Part shown: one piece after another, positions 31,048 through 41,700 of the stretch | Numbering within the stretch: the first letter of the stretch is position 1 | Layout: each line of letters starts with the position of its first letter | Source of the DNA: Nitrospirota bacterium | Lineage (GTDB): Bacteria > Nitrospirota > UBA9217 | Assembly: GCA_963754875.1 (NCBI GenBank) | Contig: CAVWHO010000019.1 | Location: forward strand, 64,001-128,000 | Length of the DNA: 64,000 nt | Reading direction: 5' to 3' | The notes under the pieces: generated by a model | The model's input: only the letters and a program-made list of their open reading frames with translations | Told to the model about the DNA's origin: nothing | The model's database searches: none | Program-made: the position numbers and the translations under genes

Positions 31048-31896
31048 ATGACCAACGAACAATGGCTGGACATATTCAAACAGATCGGGAAAAAGATGTG
31101 CGACGGGATCACTGCGACCCTGAGAAAGGAAGGCGGCACCATACCGCTGGGCAAGGGTGCGGGCGGCGACAAGACCTTTCCCGTGGACAAGTGGGCGGAG
31201 GACATCGTCATCGCGGCGCTCGAGAAAGCGCACCAAGAGGGCGAGACCTTCACGCTCATTTCCGAGGAGCTCGGCGTCAGGAAGTTCGGGGAAGGCAAAA
31301 AGATCGTGCTCGTCGATCCCATCGACGGGAGCAACAACGCAAAGAGCGGGATCCCGTTTTTTTCCACGTCCCTCGCGCTGCTGAACAGCGACACGCTGGA
31401 TACGCTTGCCGTGGGCTACGTGATCAACCTTGCGGCAGGCGATGAGTTCTGGGCGCTGCGCGGAAGCGGCGCCTACAAGAACGGCATGGCGCATCACAGA
31501 CGTCGGCGACCGAGGGTATCACGATCGTGGCATACGAGGCATCGTCCCCGAAAGTCCGACCTGCCGCGTCTCCTGCCGCTTCTTGGCGCAGGCGAGGCGG
31601 ACTCGTTGCTTCGGCTCCACGGCACTCGACCTCGCGTACCTTGCTTCGGGAGCGACGAGCGTGTTCGCGACCGCCACGGCGTCCCGTGCCTTCGATTACG
31701 CGGCCGGCATGCTGATCCTCACGGAGGCGGGCGGTGTGATCACCGATCTCTCGGGGGGGCGCTCGACCGTGTTGTCGTCGGTCTTGAACGGACTGCTCCG
31801 CTGCTGGCGAGCAAGAACAAGGCGACGCACGCGCTGGCGTTGAACACTCTTACTGCGCAAGGCGGGATAATAAATTCGCTCAGTATTGACATGTAA
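31048..31896 (+). CDS. Inositol monophosphatase / FBPase family; about five frameshifts in 31490-31760
   Basis: DKWAE, SEE.G, VDPIDGS.N. Later motifs (VAYEASSP, RCFGSTALDLAYLASG, FDYAAG.LIL.EAGG) are scattered across three frames; true stop uncertain. Confidence 0.75.
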   Translation: MTNEQWLDIFKQIGKKMCDGITATLRKEGGTIPLGKGAGGDKTFPVDKWAEDIVIAALEKAHQEGETFTLISEELGVRKFGEGKKIVLVDPIDGSNNAKSGIPFFSTSLALLNSDTLDTLAVGYVINLAAGDEFWALRGSGAYKNGMAHHRRRRPRVSRSWHTRHRPRKSDLPRLLPLLGAGEADSLLRLHGTRPRVPCFGSDERVRDRHGVPCLRLRGRHADPHGGGRCDHRSLGGALDRVVVGLERTAPLLASKNKATHALALNTLTAQGGIINSLSIDM

Positions 31897-31919
31897 TTCT
31901 TTTTATGTAATTATGAAGC

Positions 31920-32843
31920 ATGGCATTAGTGAACCACACCACGCGCGAAATTAACGCGAAGATCGTTTATTACGGACCCGGCCTTTGTGGTAAAACGACG
32001 AACATCCATCTGATCTATCACCGGATTGCGCCGACACAGCGCGGCAAGCTCATTTCACTGGCCACGGAGACGGACCGGACGCTGTTCTTCGATTTTCTGC
32101 CCGTTGAACTCGGGACCATCAAGAATTACAAGGTTCGGTTCCACCTCTATACGGTTCCGGGCCAGGTTTTTTACAACGCGACCCGCAAACTCGTGCTGAA
32201 AGGAGCGGACGGCGTGATTTTCGTGGCCGATTCCCAGCGCGCCATGGTGGACGCAAACATCGAGAGCCTGACGAACCTGCGAGACAACTTTGCCGAGCAG
32301 GGCGTCAACCTGGCTGAGTTCCCTATGGTCATCCAGTACAACAAACGTGACTTGCCCGATATTCTTCCCGTCGAGGAATTGAACGCGGTGATGAACCCGC
32401 GCAGAGTGCCTTTCTACGAAGCGGTTGCAAAAACGGGCGAAGGCGTACTTAAAACGTTTACCGCCATATCAAAACTCGTGCTTCAGGACATGCAAAAATA
32501 TCCTGAACGGCATAACTTCACGTTGACCGACATTGTCGGCAATGCCGAAAAAAAACCGGAGACGCCCCAGGACATTATGCGGGAAATGCCTGCACCGGAA
32601 CCGTCGATGCCCGGAGCTCCCATGGCTGAGGCAAAGCCGGAAATGGCGGCCTTGGAGCAGGCCGTGGACGCCGGGATGAAGGTGAATGTCGGCAAGGCGG
32701 TCATGGAAGACGGCCAAATCGTCCTTCCCTTCGATCTCATGACACGTGACCGTGAAGATCAGTACCAGCTGCGCGTTGCGATCGATATGGCGGCGCCGGC
32801 ATCCAAGCGGTTCAGGATTGTCGTCAAGAGTTTCAGAAAATGA
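31920..32843 (+). CDS. mglA: MglA-family small GTPase with C-terminal extension
   Basis: KIVYYGPGLCGKTTN, DRTLFFDFLP, TVPGQVFY, YNKRDL. Confidence 0.88.
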   Translation: MALVNHTTREINAKIVYYGPGLCGKTTNIHLIYHRIAPTQRGKLISLATETDRTLFFDFLPVELGTIKNYKVRFHLYTVPGQVFYNATRKLVLKGADGVIFVADSQRAMVDANIESLTNLRDNFAEQGVNLAEFPMVIQYNKRDLPDILPVEELNAVMNPRRVPFYEAVAKTGEGVLKTFTAISKLVLQDMQKYPERHNFTLTDIVGNAEKKPETPQDIMREMPAPEPSMPGAPMAEAKPEMAALEQAVDAGMKVNVGKAVMEDGQIVLPFDLMTRDREDQYQLRVAIDMAAPASKRFRIVVKSFRK

Positions 32844-32932
32844 TCTGCTCACGCAGACGAAAGCAAGGGCATACGGCGGGTTTCGGTCTCTGTAGTATGA
32901 ACATTGTGCAGTGAACTCATAGTGAGGTTCCT

Positions 32933-33646
32933 ATGTCAAAAGTGACGGCACTCATTCCGGCGGCCGGCGTGGGAAAACGCATGGGCAAGGCCGTTGCGAA
33001 GCAATTCCTTCCTCTCGGCGACATGCCCATGCTTGCGCATACCCTCCTTGCATTTCAGCGGACCTCCGAGGTCGACGAAATCATCCCCATCCTTTCCGAG
33101 GAAGACATGGAAGGGTGTTTGAAGGACATTATCGAACAGTTCCATATCACCAAAGTGCGGACCCTCGTCGTCGGCGGCAAGGAACGGCAGGATTCGGTCG
33201 CCAACGGCCTCCATAAGTTGGAGAAGGACACGGCAATCGTGCTGGTGCATGACGCCGTCCGGCCTTTTGTGACGCCTGAGATGATCAGGGAGTCTATTGA
33301 TTACGCGAAAAAAGGCGAGTGTGTAGCTGTCGGCGTTCCTCTCAAGGACACGGTCAAAGAGGTGAACGCAAAAAGTATGGTGGTCCAGACACTCGAGCGG
33401 AGCAGGCTGTGGGCCATCCAGACGCCGCAGGCATTCCCGGTCAAGGTTATCAAGCATGCTTACGCGACGGCGCACAAACAAAATATGTATGGCACCGACG
33501 ACGCGACGCTGGTTGAGCGGGCCGGGAACAAGGTCCGAGTGATCATGGGGAGCTATGAGAACATCAAGATCACCACACCTGAAGATCTCCTGCTTGCGGA
33601 AGAGATCCTGAAAAGGAGATATGATGCGGATCGGCACAGGGTATGA
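32933..33646 (+). CDS. ispD: 2-C-methyl-D-erythritol 4-phosphate cytidylyltransferase
   Basis: PAAG.GKRMG, KQFL, GG.ERQDSV, VHDAVRP, QTPQ.F, TDDA, NIKITT.EDL. Confidence 0.95.
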   Translation: MSKVTALIPAAGVGKRMGKAVAKQFLPLGDMPMLAHTLLAFQRTSEVDEIIPILSEEDMEGCLKDIIEQFHITKVRTLVVGGKERQDSVANGLHKLEKDTAIVLVHDAVRPFVTPEMIRESIDYAKKGECVAVGVPLKDTVKEVNAKSMVVQTLERSRLWAIQTPQAFPVKVIKHAYATAHKQNMYGTDDATLVERAGNKVRVIMGSYENIKITTPEDLLLAEEILKRRYDADRHRV

Positions 33647-34100
33647 TGTCCACCGTCTCGTTTCGGGCCGCAAGCTCATGATCGGCGGCGTCGAAATACC
33701 GTCCGAGCAGGGACTGCTGGGCCATTCGGACGCGGATGTCCTGCTCCATGCCATTTGTGACGCCTTGCTTGGTGCCGCGTGTCTCGGTGACATCGGCAGG
33801 CATTTCCCGGACACGGCGCCGAAATACAAAGGGATTTCCAGCCTGGTGCTGCTTGGGGAAGTGCATCGGCTTTTAGGGGAAGCGGGATTTCGCGTGAACA
33901 ATATCGATGCCACGATCGTCGCGGAAAAGCCTAAAATGGCGCCGCACATACGGGCAATGGTGGAAAACATTGCAACGGCAGTCAAAACCGAACGTTCGCT
34001 TGTAAACGTGAAGGCTACGACGACGGAGGGACTCGGCTTCACGGGACGTGGCGAAGGAATGGCGGCATATGCGGTCTGCACAATCAAAAAAGTGGAGTGA
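33621..34100 (+). CDS. ispF: 2-C-methyl-D-erythritol 2,4-cyclodiphosphate synthase
   Basis: [39 protein letters not shown]. Confidence 0.95.
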   Translation: MMRIGTGYDVHRLVSGRKLMIGGVEIPSEQGLLGHSDADVLLHAICDALLGAACLGDIGRHFPDTAPKYKGISSLVLLGEVHRLLGEAGFRVNNIDATIVAEKPKMAPHIRAMVENIATAVKTERSLVNVKATTTEGLGFTGRGEGMAAYAVCTIKKVE

Positions 34101-34695
34101 TTCCATTCGGTTCGCTTTTTTCATCGCGGCCTGTTTTGTGGTTGTCGTGACGCCGTCGTTTGTTCAGGCCGACGGAAAGGCTGTCGAGCAGGAACAAGGG
34201 CAGGCGAAAGGGCAGAAACAGGAGAAACACGTTCTCTACGAGTGGACCGACAGTAAGGGAGGCGTGCACATTACCGATCAGCCCGGCACGATCCCGGAAC
34301 GATACCGCTCGACGGTACATCAAGTGGAGGCCCCGCCGGGTGAAAAAACAGAATCAATTGAACAACGCAGTGCCCCGGAGTCCGGAATTTCCGATAACGC
34401 AGAGAACGAAGCAGATCTTAAGGAGACTTGGCAGCAGCGGATGCGGGGAGCAAAGCGGCATCTTGCAGATCTCGAGCAGCAGTACCAGGCGCTCGATCAA
34501 AAACGGAATGAGGTGCTGGGAAGATGGGGAGGCGTTGCTTCCGGGCGTCTTGAGGATAAAGAAGAAGCAGAACGTATCGGCCTGGAAATGAAGCACGTTC
34601 AGCAGGAGATCAGTGACGCCAGGAACCAGATTGACGTTGTGATCCCGGACGAAGCGCGTAAGGCGGGAATCCCCCCGGGATGGCTGAGGGAATGA
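34048..34695 (+). CDS. DUF4124-like secreted protein (start uncertain)
   Basis: Hydrophobic signal, [23 protein letters not shown], coiled coil, [13 protein letters not shown]. Confidence 0.7.
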   Translation: MAKEWRHMRSAQSKKWSDSIRFAFFIAACFVVVVTPSFVQADGKAVEQEQGQAKGQKQEKHVLYEWTDSKGGVHITDQPGTIPERYRSTVHQVEAPPGEKTESIEQRSAPESGISDNAENEADLKETWQQRMRGAKRHLADLEQQYQALDQKRNEVLGRWGGVASGRLEDKEEAERIGLEMKHVQQEISDARNQIDVVIPDEARKAGIPPGWLRE

Positions 34696-34796
34696 GGACA
34701 GAATTGCACATTTCCCGATTTTAAATCGTCGAATAACAACGAAGTCCATTGCGCATTTTCAGCCGACAATCGAACATCTCTCATCTAAATCAAAAA

Positions 34797-35456
34797 ATGA
34801 TCGAGACTTTTCGCAAGATAAAAAAAGATTTTCATGCCGCGCTCTCCATGGATCCTGCTGCAACGAGCAAGATCGAGGTCGCCCTTACCTATGCGGGTTT
34901 CCACGCCCTGTTGTTCTACCGTTTGGCGCATTGGCTGCGGAAAAAACGACTGCCCTTTATTCCGCGGGCGCTTTCGCAGTTTGCACGGTTCCTCACCGGC
35001 ATAGAAATCCATCCGGGAGCGATTATCGGCTCAGGTCTGTTTATCGACCATGGCATGGGTGTGGTGATTGGAGAGACCACGGAAATCGGGGACAACGTCA
35101 CGCTCTTCCAGGGCATCACACTGGGAGGGACCGGCAAGCAGCGCGGGAAGCGCCATCCCACATTAGGCAGCCATGTCGTCGTTGGTGCCGGCGCGAAGGT
35201 GCTTGGTCCCATTAAAGTCGGTGACTATGTAAAAATCGGTGCGAACTCGGTAGTGCTCCAGGACGTACCGGACCACTCGACCGTGGTCGGCATACCGGGA
35301 CGGATCGTGCGGATCAAAGACGAGCGTGTGCCGGATGAAGCACTCTTGGATCACATTAATATCCCTGACCCCATAGCCGACCGGCTTATTGATCTGCAGC
35401 TTCAGATTGATTTACTGAAGAAGGAAATGGAGAGCATCAAAAAGTCGAAGGGCTGA
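34797..35456 (+). CDS. cysE: Serine O-acetyltransferase
   Basis: [32 protein letters not shown]. Confidence 0.95.
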   Translation: MIETFRKIKKDFHAALSMDPAATSKIEVALTYAGFHALLFYRLAHWLRKKRLPFIPRALSQFARFLTGIEIHPGAIIGSGLFIDHGMGVVIGETTEIGDNVTLFQGITLGGTGKQRGKRHPTLGSHVVVGAGAKVLGPIKVGDYVKIGANSVVLQDVPDHSTVVGIPGRIVRIKDERVPDEALLDHINIPDPIADRLIDLQLQIDLLKKEMESIKKSKG

Positions 35457-35510
35457 TATGGGATTTATTGACGGGAAGACAGTTTGACGACGTGCTTTTG
35501 CTATTGCGCG

Positions 35511-35939
35511 TCATTCCGCCATGATTTTGTAACTGTGCGTTATAGCCCCTGTCTTAGCGAGCGTTGCACCGACTGAACAATATTTTTCCAGGGACAGCTT
35601 GATTGCCCGTTCCACTGCTTCTTTCTCGACGCCCCTGCCTCGGACCACATATTCGATATGAACTTCCTTGTACACCTTCGGATAATCGTCGGTCTTTTCT
35701 CCCCTGACATTGATCTCCAGTCCGACGACGGGTTGACGTTTTTTCCGCAGAATTGATATCACATCCATGCCCGAGCAACCGCCGAATCCGACGAGCAATA
35801 GTTCCATGGGACGGAAGCCTGCGTTGTGCCCCCCCGATATATCGTCCGCATCCATGTTCAGCGTATGTCCGGATGTGGCATTTCCTGAAAAATGCATATC
35901 CTTAACAAGCGTTACTTTAGCCTCAACCATTGTCACCAT
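35511..35939 (-). CDS. OsmC/YhfA family protein
   Basis: RPMELLL.G.GGCSGMDV, LS.EKYCSV. Confidence 0.9.
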   Translation of the reverse strand: MVTMVEAKVTLVKDMHFSGNATSGHTLNMDADDISGGHNAGFRPMELLLVGFGGCSGMDVISILRKKRQPVVGLEINVRGEKTDDYPKVYKEVHIEYVVRGRGVEKEAVERAIKLSLEKYCSVGATLAKTGAITHSYKIMAE

Positions 35940-36190
35940 GCCCCTTCATATATGAATTATTTCGACCATGATAGCAAAAGGGACGGAGCGTGTCAACATC
36001 GGATGGAATTACGGAGGATATCGAGATTGATCATGTTTACCAGAGGAGCATTTTTCGTACTACATTCAGTTACAAAAAAAATAGTTAAATTACCGTTTGT
36101 AACTTTTCATAGGTGTCTTTTATTATATTTTTCTATTATCATTGTAGGAATACCGGATTAATAATAGCGCTGACAAATTATTATTTGATC

Positions 36191-36257
36191 TAAGATTTTG
36201 ATTAATAAATAGATTATTTTTCATGGGTTTAATCTATTCTCTGGCAAGTTATTTGCA
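36191..36257 (+). promoter_or_regulatory. Sigma54 (-24/-12) promoter candidate with upstream IHF site, facing dsrA
   Basis: TGGCAAGTTATTTGCA at 36242-36257 has the correct GG-N10-GC spacing. AATCAAAATCTTA (minus strand, 36191-36203) fits WATCAANNNNTTR. Confidence 0.55.
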
Positions 36258-36699
36258 ATAAAAAATCGGTTCCTTAATTAGCAAAGTAACTTAGTGTAAG
36301 TTATTGTATTTGCATGATTGTTTTCTTAAATATTCTAAACGATGAAAATTATCCGGGATTATGGTCCGATTAGTATTTTTTATTTGACTAATCTTGTTGC
36401 TAAACATACAATCTGTTGTCCAAATAATGGCTTCGAGTAAAATTTTATAAGAGTATAGCATTAGATGTCATTATCGATGCACTTCGTTAGACTGTTTTAA
36501 TCCTTACATTTTCTATAATAATTATTTAGAAAGGGGGCCGTTACACCTTAACCGACAACGTGTTTTCGGCAGATTTCAGGAAGCACGAGGAAAAGAGTTA
36601 CGGAAAGCGCGATCCAGTTTTCGTTTTGTTCAGCAAAAGAATAAGCGTCCCATGAGCATTGATAAATGTGAGATAAATCAATAAGGAGGATTTCCTAAC

Positions 36700-37878
36700 A
36701 TGAGCAATGATGGCAAGACCCCGATGCTTGACGACCTGGAAAAAGGCGTGTGGCCAAGTTTTGTAAAAGAAATTAAAAAGGCCGCCGTGAAAAGTAATAC
36801 GGCGAAAGATCTGCTCAATATTTTGGAGCGATCATACCGAGATAAAGTGACCCACTGGAAGCATGGCGGTATCGTGGGTGTTCTCGGTTACGGCGGGGGC
36901 GTTATCGGCCGTTACTGTGATCTTCCGGCTGAATACCCGGGTGTGGCTCATTTCCACACGGTCCGTATCAACCAGCCGTCCGGATTCTACTACACATCCA
37001 GCGCGCTTCGTGATCTCATGGATATCTGGGACAAATATGGAAGCGGTCTGACCAACTTCCACGGATCCACGGGAGACATGGTGCTCCTCGGAACGCAGAC
37101 TGATAAACTCGAGCCGATTTTCGCTGAAACAACGGCAAAGGGTTGGGATCTCGGCGGTTCCGGTTCCTGCCTCCGTACCCCAAGTTGCTGTGTCGGCATG
37201 TCCCGTTGCGAATATGCTACCATTGATGCAATGGATATATGCAACACCCTTACCCATAAGTTCCAGGATGAACTCCATCGTCCCGCATTCCCCTACAAGT
37301 TCAAGATCAAGGTTTCCGGCTGCGCAAACGATTGCACCGCTGCCGTTGCGCGCGCTGACATGTCTATCATCGGCACCTGGCGCGACAATATCCGGATCGA
37401 TCAGGCCGAGGTAAAGAACTGCGCCAAGAACATGGACATCAAGACCGAAGTGACCGACATGTGCCCGACCAAGTGCATGAACTGGGACGGCAGCACGCTC
37501 AAGATCAACGACAAGGACTGTAACCGCTGCATGCACTGCATCAACCGCATGCCCAAAGCCCTGCGCCCCGGCAAAGAGAAAGGCGCAACCATCATGCTCG
37601 GCGGTAAAGCACCGATCGTGACCGGCGCACTCATGAGCTGGGTTCTTGTTCCTTTCATGAAGCTTGAAGCCCCCTATGATAACATCGAAGCCCTCATCCG
37701 CAAACTTTGGGAATGGTGGGATGATCACGGAAAGAACCGCGAGCGTATCGGTGAGTTGGTAGATCGTATGGGCATGAGATCCATGCTTGAAGCAACCGGC
37801 CTGCCGCCCGTGCCGCAGATGGTGAAAGCCCCGAGGTCGAACCCGTACGTATTCTGGTCCGCGGACGACGTGAAATAA
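36700..37878 (+). CDS. dsrA: Dissimilatory sulfite reductase alpha subunit
   Basis: WPSFV, HWKHGGIVGV.GYGGGVIGRY, NFHGSTGD, CX5C (CVGMSRC) and CX3C (CANDC), CNRCMHC. Confidence 0.98.
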   Translation: MSNDGKTPMLDDLEKGVWPSFVKEIKKAAVKSNTAKDLLNILERSYRDKVTHWKHGGIVGVLGYGGGVIGRYCDLPAEYPGVAHFHTVRINQPSGFYYTSSALRDLMDIWDKYGSGLTNFHGSTGDMVLLGTQTDKLEPIFAETTAKGWDLGGSGSCLRTPSCCVGMSRCEYATIDAMDICNTLTHKFQDELHRPAFPYKFKIKVSGCANDCTAAVARADMSIIGTWRDNIRIDQAEVKNCAKNMDIKTEVTDMCPTKCMNWDGSTLKINDKDCNRCMHCINRMPKALRPGKEKGATIMLGGKAPIVTGALMSWVLVPFMKLEAPYDNIEALIRKLWEWWDDHGKNRERIGELVDRMGMRSMLEATGLPPVPQMVKAPRSNPYVFWSADDVK

Positions 37879-37898
37879 TCTAAGGAGGATAACTTAAA

Positions 37899-38972
37899 AT
37901 GGCCGACAAACCAAAGAGAATAACCGATATTGGAGCCCCTCACTTTAGCAAATTCTTGCCTCCCGTGATCGCGAAAAACTACGGGAAGTGGAAGTATCAT
38001 GAAGTTATCGATAAAGGCACCATGAAACACGTATCTGAGACAGGCGAAGAACTTTATACCGTACGTATTGCAACACCCCGTCTCGTCAGCAGCGATTATA
38101 TCCGCGAGATGTGCAATTACGCTGATAAATTCAGCGGAGGCCACCTTCGCTGGACAACCCGTCACAACATCGAGTTTTTCCCAGCAAAGGACCAGGTAGA
38201 GTCGCTCAAGTCAGCGCTCAAGAAGGAAGGACACCTCGTTGGCGGTATCGGCTACGGCATCAGCAACGTGGTGCATACCCAGGGCTGGATCCACTGCCAC
38301 ACCCCGGCAACGGACGCTTCCGGCGTGGTAAAGGCGGTCATGGACGAGCTGCATGAATACTTTACGACGAAGACCCTTCCGGCCCGCGTCAGGATCGCCT
38401 TGGCATGCTGCCTGAATATGTGCGGCGCCGTTCATTGCTCCGATATCGCGATCCTCGGCATTCACCGTAAGCCCCCGAAGGTTAACGAGGCGACCATTGC
38501 GAACCAGTGCGAGATCCCGACGACTATCGCATCCTGCCCCACGGGCGCTATCAGCCCGAACCCGGCAGCGAAGTCGGTCAAGATCAAAGAAGAACGCTGC
38601 ATGTATTGCGGTAACTGCTACACGATGTGCCCGTCATTGCCATTGGCTGATGCGACGGGCGATGGTATCTCCATCTATGTAGGTGGTAAGGTTTCGAATG
38701 CACGTGGTCCGGCGCGTATGTCCAGGCTTGCCATACCGTTCCTGCCGAACAATCCGCCGCGCTGGCCTGAAGTCGTAAAGGCCGTGAAGCACCTGGTGGA
38801 AGTCTACGCCAAGGATGCACAGAAGCATGAGCGCATGGGTGAGTGGATTGAGCGCATTGGTTGGGAGCGGTTCTTTAAACTGACCGGCCTCGCGTTTACG
38901 TATCAGCACATTGACGATTTCACCTTTGCTCGCGAGACGTTCAGAATGACCCCAACCTTCAAGTGGGAATAA
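37899..38972 (+). CDS. dsrB: Dissimilatory sulfite reductase beta subunit
   Basis: [53 protein letters not shown]. Confidence 0.98.
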   Translation: MADKPKRITDIGAPHFSKFLPPVIAKNYGKWKYHEVIDKGTMKHVSETGEELYTVRIATPRLVSSDYIREMCNYADKFSGGHLRWTTRHNIEFFPAKDQVESLKSALKKEGHLVGGIGYGISNVVHTQGWIHCHTPATDASGVVKAVMDELHEYFTTKTLPARVRIALACCLNMCGAVHCSDIAILGIHRKPPKVNEATIANQCEIPTTIASCPTGAISPNPAAKSVKIKEERCMYCGNCYTMCPSLPLADATGDGISIYVGGKVSNARGPARMSRLAIPFLPNNPPRWPEVVKAVKHLVEVYAKDAQKHERMGEWIERIGWERFFKLTGLAFTYQHIDDFTFARETFRMTPTFKWE

Positions 38973-39061
38973 TGGTCTGAAAGGTGTATACTATCAATCC
39001 GGCCCTGGATTTACTCCGGGGCCGGATTAGCTGTTGTTACAACTTATTGGAGGGGACGATT

Positions 39062-39298
39062 ATGGACGCTGTAGAACTGCAGAAAAAAGTGTATGAGCTG
39101 GTGCAAAAGAGCCAGGGTAAGAAAAAGCTGAAGCCCAAGGACATCAGCAATGCCATGGAGGCGGAAGGCGCGACCCAGGCAGAGGTTAAAGCCGCGCTCC
39201 GTGAGCTGATAGACGGCGGCAAGCTGGTATATTCCTACTTCGGCGGCACTGCTGTCGAAATCCCGCACACAGAGGGTTCGGCTAACCCGCAGTCATAA
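39062..39298 (+). CDS. dsrD: DsrD winged-helix protein
   Basis: 78 aa directly after dsrB; KKKLKPKD...VKAALRELI..GKLVYSYFGG; GGAGG RBS. Confidence 0.85.
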   Translation: MDAVELQKKVYELVQKSQGKKKLKPKDISNAMEAEGATQAEVKAALRELIDGGKLVYSYFGGTAVEIPHTEGSANPQS

Positions 39299-40695
39299 TG
39301 CAGACCGTACCGAGGCTGGTGATTTCAGCCGCGAGAGGCGGGCTCGGCAAGACGACCCTGTCCCTCGGCATTGTCACTGCCTGGAGAAGGCGGGGGCGGC
39401 AGGTTGCGGTTTTTAAAAAAGGACCGGATTTCATTGATGCGGGCTGGCTCGGGGTTGCAGCAGGAAGACCCTGCTATAACCTCGATATGTTCATGATGGA
39501 GCAGGATCGCATCGAGCGTTCTTTCACTGACCATGCAGCTGGCGCAGACGCGGCAATCATTGAAGGAAACCGCGGGCTGTACGACGGCGTAGACGAGTCC
39601 GGAATTTACAGCACAGCCCGATTAGCAAAACTTCTGAAGACGCCCGTTATCCTGATCGTCGACGGGACGAAGGCATCCGCGACGGTCGCGGCTGTCGTTC
39701 TCGGATTGCAGCACTATGACGCAGACGTTCTCATCGCCGGGATTATCCTGAACAACGTATCGTCTTTGCGCCATGAAAACGTTATCCGGAAGGCAATTGC
39801 AGCGAGCAGCAGCATCCCCGTAGTCGGCGTCGTACCGAAGCAACGACGCGGCGAGTTTCCTGAGCGGCATATGGGGTTGACGCCGTTCCACGAACACCCG
39901 GAAGTAGAGCAGGCGATAGACGCTTCAGCATCCATTGCAGAAAACCATCTCGATCTTGAAGCACTGTGGAATATCGCGTGTACTGCTCAGGTGATCGAGA
40001 ACAGGGGAAACACGAAAATCCAGCCGCCCGTGCGAAAAGAGGACCGGGTCGTTGTGGGAGTCATCAGGGACCGGGCATTTCAGTTCTACTATCCCGATAA
40101 TCTGGAGGAGCTCGAACGACACGGGGCGCTGATCAGAGAAATAAATGCATTACATGACAAGAGACTGCCCGACGATATCGACGCCCTCTATATCGGCGGG
40201 GGGTTTCCTGAGACACAGGCTGCGGAGTTGGCGGCGAACCGGGGTTTTTGTGCATCGCTCAAAGCCGCAGCAGAAAACGGAATGCCCATTTACGCGGAGT
40301 GCGGTGGTCTGATTTACCTGGGGAGGAGCCTCACCGTCGGCGGTGAACGATATGCCATGACGGCGGTGCTGCCGCTTGATTTCGTTCTTGAGAAAAAACC
40401 CCAGGCGCACGGGTATACGATACTGGAGACCAACGACAAGAGTCCGTTCCTTGACAAGGGAGTCACTATTCGCGGCCATGAGTTTCATTATTCTCGGGTC
40501 GTCAATCTTGACGGTTTGCCTCCCATGGCGTATCATGTTTCACGGGGCAGCGGCATTGACGGGAAAACCGACGGTATTGTGTATAAAAATGTACTGGCAT
40601 CATATACTCATCTTCACTCCCTCGGCACACCCGAATGGGCGCCGGCTATGATTCGAAGCGCCCTTGGGCATCGAACAGTGAAGCGGCCCGCATAG
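39298..40695 (+). CDS. dsrN: DsrN siroheme amidase (cobyrinate a,c-diamide synthase family)
   Basis: GG.GKTT, KKGPDFID, EGNRGLYDG, GGGFPE, YAECGG, GHEFHYS; follows dsrD. Confidence 0.9.
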   Translation: MQTVPRLVISAARGGLGKTTLSLGIVTAWRRRGRQVAVFKKGPDFIDAGWLGVAAGRPCYNLDMFMMEQDRIERSFTDHAAGADAAIIEGNRGLYDGVDESGIYSTARLAKLLKTPVILIVDGTKASATVAAVVLGLQHYDADVLIAGIILNNVSSLRHENVIRKAIAASSSIPVVGVVPKQRRGEFPERHMGLTPFHEHPEVEQAIDASASIAENHLDLEALWNIACTAQVIENRGNTKIQPPVRKEDRVVVGVIRDRAFQFYYPDNLEELERHGALIREINALHDKRLPDDIDALYIGGGFPETQAAELAANRGFCASLKAAAENGMPIYAECGGLIYLGRSLTVGGERYAMTAVLPLDFVLEKKPQAHGYTILETNDKSPFLDKGVTIRGHEFHYSRVVNLDGLPPMAYHVSRGSGIDGKTDGIVYKNVLASYTHLHSLGTPEWAPAMIRSALGHRTVKRPA

Positions 40696-40708
40696 AAGGC
40701 AGGTATTA

Positions 40709-41074
40709 TTGAGGTCCGGACCAAGGGAAGGTAGGGAGCCGGTTTGCCCTTTTTGCAAGGCCAGCCTGGCTCGCCCGGCAACGATGACCGTTAATAGGAT
40801 GGAACGGGTAAGCGGAGGAACGTGCGGCACCTGCGGAGCGATGTACATTGTCGATCCCACGAGCAAGAACGTGGGAGAGGTGATGATGCAAGCTCTCGGC
40901 ATTGCGGCGGAAAAACTGTCGAAGGACATGTCCGACCTCGTTGCGGGAGAAGATTACGAAGATGCATTGCTCAGCTATGATTGGCGGACGCATCGATCGC
41001 CCGGCATCAGCAAAGGCTTTATGGATGGGTATGGACGGTTATATATTATCAAGGTGAAACAGAAGCCGGCCTGA
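40709..41074 (+). CDS. Hypothetical protein with CPFC...CGTC motif
   Basis: Fills the dsrN-dsrC gap; TTG start; two CxxC pairs. Confidence 0.7.
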   Translation: MRSGPREGREPVCPFCKASLARPATMTVNRMERVSGGTCGTCGAMYIVDPTSKNVGEVMMQALGIAAEKLSKDMSDLVAGEDYEDALLSYDWRTHRSPGISKGFMDGYGRLYIIKVKQKPA

Positions 41075-41179
41075 GGTGCGGTGTTATAGTTTGAATGGGT
41101 TATCGTGTAGTTTCAGAGATGTACTATTAGATGAGGGACCGATGAGGCGTCCGACTATTTTCATGAAAGGGGAACAACA

Positions 41180-41515
41180 ATGGGAACGGTTACAGTAAAA
41201 GGCAAGACTATTGAAGTGGATGAAGACGGATTTTTGGCGAATCTGGACGAATGGAGCATGGACATTGCCAAATATTTTGCGGAGGTCGAAGGAATCGATA
41301 TGACGGATCAGCATTGGGAAGTCGTCAATTTCCTCCGCGACTACTACAAGCAGTATCAGATTGCGCCGATGATCAAGATCCTCGTAAAGGAAATCGGCAA
41401 GAAGCTGGGACCCGAAAAAGGCAATACTAAGTATCTGTATGAGCTCTATCCGGGTGGCCCGGCAAAGCAGGCATGTAAAATCGCCGGTCTTCCGAAGCCT
41501 ACGGGCTGCGTGTAA
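41180..41515 (+). CDS. dsrC: Sulfur carrier DsrC
   Basis: DEDGFL, HWEVV.FLR.YY, C-terminal ACKIAGLPKPTGCV with both conserved Cys (CX10C). Confidence 0.96.
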   Translation: MGTVTVKGKTIEVDEDGFLANLDEWSMDIAKYFAEVEGIDMTDQHWEVVNFLRDYYKQYQIAPMIKILVKEIGKKLGPEKGNTKYLYELYPGGPAKQACKIAGLPKPTGCV

Positions 41516-41700
41516 GATCGTTTCTCCTTGTTCTATCTCCTGCCGGCAGCCTTACCTGTGGAAGGCCGACCGGACAGAGGGATCAAAGATTCCGGTCGTC
41601 CCTGTCTAGCGCATGCACGAGAGCTGCCGCAGTTTCCGTGCGACTGTGTTTTCGATACGGAAGCGTTGCATGTAGGCGCTGAAAGAGAAAGGTATCAATC

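Noticed and set aside
33600..33646. ispD/ispF as a frameshifted bifunctional ispDF
   Set aside because: ispF has its own AGGAG RBS and ATG; a short overlap is ordinary.
32936..34087. Long antisense ORFs (here, and e.g. 9953-10909, 14383-15417, 36832-37728, 61369-62286)
   Set aside because: They are shadows of well-supported genes on the opposite strand in GC-rich DNA and carry no motifs.
39298..40695. Cobalamin gene cbiA/cobB
   Set aside because: Position directly after dsrD and the absence of other cob/cbi genes favour DsrN.
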